Assembly: GCF_009914755.1 (NCBI RefSeq)
Contig: NC_060926.1
Reading direction: 5' to 3' (one strand)
Length of the DNA stretch: 64,000 nucleotides
Source: the human T2T-CHM13v2.0 reference genome, Homo sapiens
A program made the translations under genes and the position numbers. Positions 59,475 through 64,000 of the stretch are shown here, in pieces; positions within the stretch are counted from its first letter, which is position 1; every line of letters begins with the position of its first letter. The notes below the pieces were generated by a model. The model worked only from the letters and a program-made list of their open reading frames with translations, did not search any database and had not been told where the DNA came from.

Positions 59475-62400
59475 AGGTTGGTTTCTTTGAATGTTTCCAG
59501 AAGAAGTTATTAGGTGGCAACTTTCATCTAAGCCTTCAGTGCTCAGCATTTCTGCTTTTACCTTGGGCACTGTGCACATTGTGGCACCCAAGCTGTTGTA
59601 CTATTTTAAGCTTTACTTGCTCAAACTGCTTTGCTGTTCACTACTGCTGCAACATCAAGACCTAAAAATTTTAAAGAGAGGTCAACACAACCACATTGTT
59701 CCTTTATTCGGTGTTGTTTATGGAGTGTTTAATATGCACCAGTTACTACTTTTGTGATGAAATGCTCATTTCTATTATTAAAGTCTTACTATTAAGTGTA
59801 TTTATTCTCACTTCTGGAAGAAGAAAATCTTTTTTCATACTATAGTATTATATATTATATTTAATATATACCCTAAAATAAATTTTCTGCTCATTGCATC
59901 AGGCATGAAACAAACCATTACCACATGCTAACAATATTTCTACAGTGGAGGTGATACCAAGGACAGTAGCGGCAGAGGGAAAGGAGACCCTGAAGCTCAG
60001 TGTTTCTGAAAGAAAGGGGAAAGGCTTCAGAGTCCTATCTGAATTTCTGCAGCTAAGTGGAATTTTGCCAAGCTTTTCAGTGTAAAGGACTAGAAGAAAG
60101 AAAATGTATGAACACACTGGAGTGAGAGAGCATCACGTAATTACAAAGTAATAATGAGTTTAGAATTTCAGAAAACAAAGTTGTGGCAGGTGATAAGGCA
60201 GGGAAGGCATGCAGCTTTTGAGACATCCAGAGGGAAGTGCCTAGTTTGGCAATTTTTGAAAAGCAATCTAATTTCACAGAGGTAGATCAGATGACCCATC
60301 ATAACCAACAGAGGAACCAGTCTGGGTTAAGTCATGTGACTATTTCTTAAGAATGGAAAGTTATTTGACTTTCATGTGAGAAATTACACAAAAATATTGT
60401 GATTGATATTGTTTAAGGGGAACGCACGTTGTTGAGACCATTCAAACTATTTTTATGGAAATTAGTAGTCAGGAAAAACACACAAAAAAGGAGATAATCA
60501 ATATGTATGTACAGAGATTTGGCTCCAGATAAACACCCATATGATAACATCAGGTCTACTCAGCACATTAGTGAAATTTGGCAAGATTAATGATTTTCTT
60601 AGCAACCTCCCCAGGAAATGAAGTTTGGCTGATACAGTGCCATCTTAGGAAAGGCCAGATCTGCATATTATTAACATTTGTGTTGGTGGGTTCCCAAAAG
60701 TGGGTGTAGTTTGACCCAAAATGAGTGTTAGAATAAAAACCCCACTTGCTATAAGAGTGTGAAACCATCTGAGGGAAGCCAAAAATTAGACATTTCTTCA
60801 AGCACAAATGGCTGGTGTCAAAACTAGTTGCAACAGTGCTATGTTCAGCAGCTGCGCCTGCACGGTAACTAGGGAGCTATCTGGCTATGAATGTTTGTTT
60901 CACACATCAGAATTTAAGGGAGAGGGTAGAATACACTGGGCAACACCTCATGAAAATAAGGTGGGGTTTTCTTTCTCTCTCCATAACTTGAGTCTGAAGA
61001 CTTAAAACGGGAGCAAACCATGATATAATCGTGTTTTCATCTTTGGAAAAACACGTATTTTTCTATCCTACCAATGACATTTTAAAAAGAAACATGCCTA
61101 TTTCGTCATTGCCCATTCCTACTTCATAGCTATCTTAGATTTCCTTTTTAAGCCATCTTTCCTAGAGACCAAGATTGGCCCAAGACCAATTTGTTTACTC
61201 TGTGCCAAAAAGTTATTTCTCATTTCTCGGGCCCAATTATCTAGAAAGCTTATAAAATGTCTACCTTGGAAAGCCCAAGAAATAAAAATTTTAAAAATAA
61301 AGTTTCTCAGAGGAACTCACAGAATGTTCAATCCAAGATTCTTTTCTGGTTGGAGAAGGGTGCACAGATAGGAATCATAAAAAAGAAAAATGAGGAGCAT
61401 TGTCTGCTTTGCAACCCTAGGTGTATTTATTTTGTCAGTTCCCTCTTGGTGTGAGCCTGGTGTATTAAAAGGAAGAGATCTAGAGGCGAGGATCTCCTAC
61501 AGCCTTCTTACACAACACCACCACAGTTATTTGGGTAACTTTAAGGAAAGGTCTAGAAGTTAGAGGCAGACCAAGGACTCCTTTTGCAGCTGCTTGAGCC
61601 AGATGAGTATGTCAAAAGCAAAGAGGACCAACAGGTGAGTCTGGGCTCCATATAAGGTGGAAGTCCAGGAGACTGGTAACCACTGAAGACTTAGCTTATT
61701 TATATGCCCAGCTATCAGACGAGGCATAGAATTGCTAACCTTCCTTTATGATTCCTATTCTCTTCCCTCATTATTGAGTGTTGTCTATCTGTAGGTATTT
61801 TCAAGTGACCTGGGCTCAAGTTAGACTTTGTAGAAATATTGAATAAGATTTATTTATCCTTTAACAGTTTGGAAATATCTCATATAGATAAACTTGCCAT
61901 CCAGGCTCAAAGAAAAACCCAAGGCTTTTGCAAGCCAGGTAAAGACAACTTTGCTTTTGAGGCAAAAATCAGCTAAAACTAAATCATACAGAAACCCTAA
62001 CAAAGCATGAGAGGAAAAATTTACCTTGGCAAAATTTTTATTTTCCCAGGTATAAATGCTTACCTATGCAATTGTGTACTTGGACCTGTAGATAAATACC
62101 CCACAACTCTGAAGGTCTGAAAGTGGAAACATAAGAGAGAGCTCTTGAACATCTCTTTCTGGGGCCAAAGCTGTGTTGCCAAAGAGAAAAAAAAAAACTT
62201 ACAGGAAAATTATAGCGTTTGCATTTGATAGAATAGGAAAGAAGACAAAAAAAAAAGTAAGTGCCATATTACATCCATATTGCATGTGAAATATTTTAAA
62301 ATACATAATTCTTTTCAACATGCTAAAAGGGATATTATCTAAAAGAATTTAATACACATATATTGTATTTTATGTATATGAACTGCCTATGAAAATAGTA

Positions 62401-63019
62401 TATCTTCTTATCAGCAGTTTCAGAAACTAAACTTAAATTATATATTGAAAAGCTGCAAATAAAATTAAAACATTTCAGAACTTTTAGTAGTTGCAGGAAT
62501 TACTACCAGATCTAATTCCTAAATTTATCAATGTATTTTTTATAATAAATAGATTTTCATACATTTAGCAGTATTTTATTGTGTAAAAGACAGATTTGAG
62601 TTCAAACCTTGACTTTTTCTCATAAAAAATGGAGGTGCTAGTAAAAAATGAAGACATTTTACTGTTAAAGTAAAATTCTATAAATACTATAGGTAGATAG
62701 GTAGCTAAGTTCCTGGCAGAAACTTGGTATGCAATACAAGGAACTTATTGCTAGTACTAAACTTAGCATATAGTATGAAGGATTAGGGCATTGAGAAATG
62801 AATACAATTTCATTACTATCATCAGCATAAAATATAGGGTAACAGGCTTAAAATCTTGTCTTCTTGATGGGAAAAGGATAATATCATTTAACATATTAAC
62901 AGCAATATTTATTATTATTATCATATCTTTTGTATCTGTTTTGGTTATAAAATTATTTCTCATATTGTCTCTTAAGATCAAACTATTTTTCATATTGTCT
63001 CTTAAGATCATTTGCCTCT

Positions 63020-64000
63020 TGAGCCAAACTCTCAGTTCCAGACACAATGCAGTAGCTTGCAGCAGATGATGTATCTATCTCCTGAGAATAACCAGGAAGA
63101 AACAGTTTTTAAAAATTTCTTTTTTATTTTTTTTAGTTCTGAGGAAATTGGAGAGCTGTCAAGGCAGCCAGGACTTGTGGAACCAGATCCTGGAGAAAAG
63201 AGGAGACTGAATTGAGCTGCAATTGAGTTCAGCCCAACTTTCTATGCACCACTTCTCCCCTTGGGACATCTGCTGACTCTCAGCACAGGACAAGGATCTG
63301 GAAAGCCTGGCAGGAAACAGTTCTTAATCCACAAACCAAAGTTGCCAGAAAGAGATTTTAAAACCACGGTGACTAAGATGTACCTTAAAATAGATGAAAA
63401 GATAAAGAATTTTAATATAAAATTGCAACCTATAAAAGAAAAGCAAATAAAAATTTTAGAATTAAAAAAGCATACTAAGTTTGAAAACTCAATAAATGAG
63501 TTTAGTAACAGACTGGATATAGCTAAACAGAGAATTAATAGGGTGGAAGAAAAGTTAGAAGAAAATATCCAAACTAAAGTAAAGGGAAAAAATGATGGAA
63601 GATATACATAAGCAGAGAGTCAATACATATGACATAGTGAAATGGTCTAACATATACGAAACTGAAGCATCAAAAGTGGAAGACAGAAAATGAGAAGAGA
63701 GAGAATATTCAAAGACAAAGAACTTTCCAAAGCTGATGAAAGAAACCAAAGATTTGAGGAGCACTACAATCCCAAACAAGATAAATAGCACAAATTAATA
63801 AATAAAAAATAAATCACAGTAAAACTGCTTAAAATGAAAAATTAAGAATACTGAAAGAAAGGATACTAAATTTATCATCAGATGACCTGCACCCATAGAA
63901 ATATCAAAGAAATTTCTTTAGGCAACAGGAAAATGATTTCATGCAATAACATAAAACTGAAAAAAGAACAATACAAATTATAAATATGTGCCTACACTAA
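63020..64000 (+). mobile_element. Old L1M (or HAL1) 5' region / ORF1 remnant
   Basis: ORF 63261-63611 contains QIKILELK..FENSINEFSNRLDIAKQRINRVEE, typical of the L1 ORF1p coiled coil. The reading frame is degenerate downstream. Confidence 0.75.

Noticed and set aside
59461-59480. Strong acceptor ttacttttccccccag|G
   Set aside because: The pyrimidine tract derives from the TTCC microsatellite, and there is no convincing downstream donor.
62064-62085. 22-nt minus-strand microexon (ctacag|...tag|gtaagc)
   Set aside because: Weak pyrimidine tract, frame-shifting length, expected by chance.

Overview
Primate (most likely human) AT-rich, CpG-depleted, repeat-dense DNA, probably intronic or intergenic. 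I found no supportable protein-coding gene, RNA gene or CRISPR array. The ORF track is explained by transposon remnants, microsatellites or chance. Roughly half the window is recognisable transposons: about 11 Alu/FLAM, old L1M fragments, an internally deleted L1PB with both ends, a 5'-inverted L1PA2/3, a complete MSTA provirus, THE1/MST/MLT/MER21/MER52/MER68-77 LTRs, a MER57-like ERV1 remnant, a near full-length Tigger1, Charlie1a, MER5/MER94, MIR and L2. The most unusual signal is three local, non-tandem duplications of 130-220 bp, each copied 1-2 kb away and about 87-90% identical by hand count. One of them is a complex fold-back plus inverted templated insertion inside an L1 microsatellite. 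There are also CTCF and RFX motifs and a few isolated splice-signal-bounded exon candidates. Subfamily names come from recalled consensus sequences and need RepeatMasker/Dfam confirmation. I see no convincing evidence of a new biological system.
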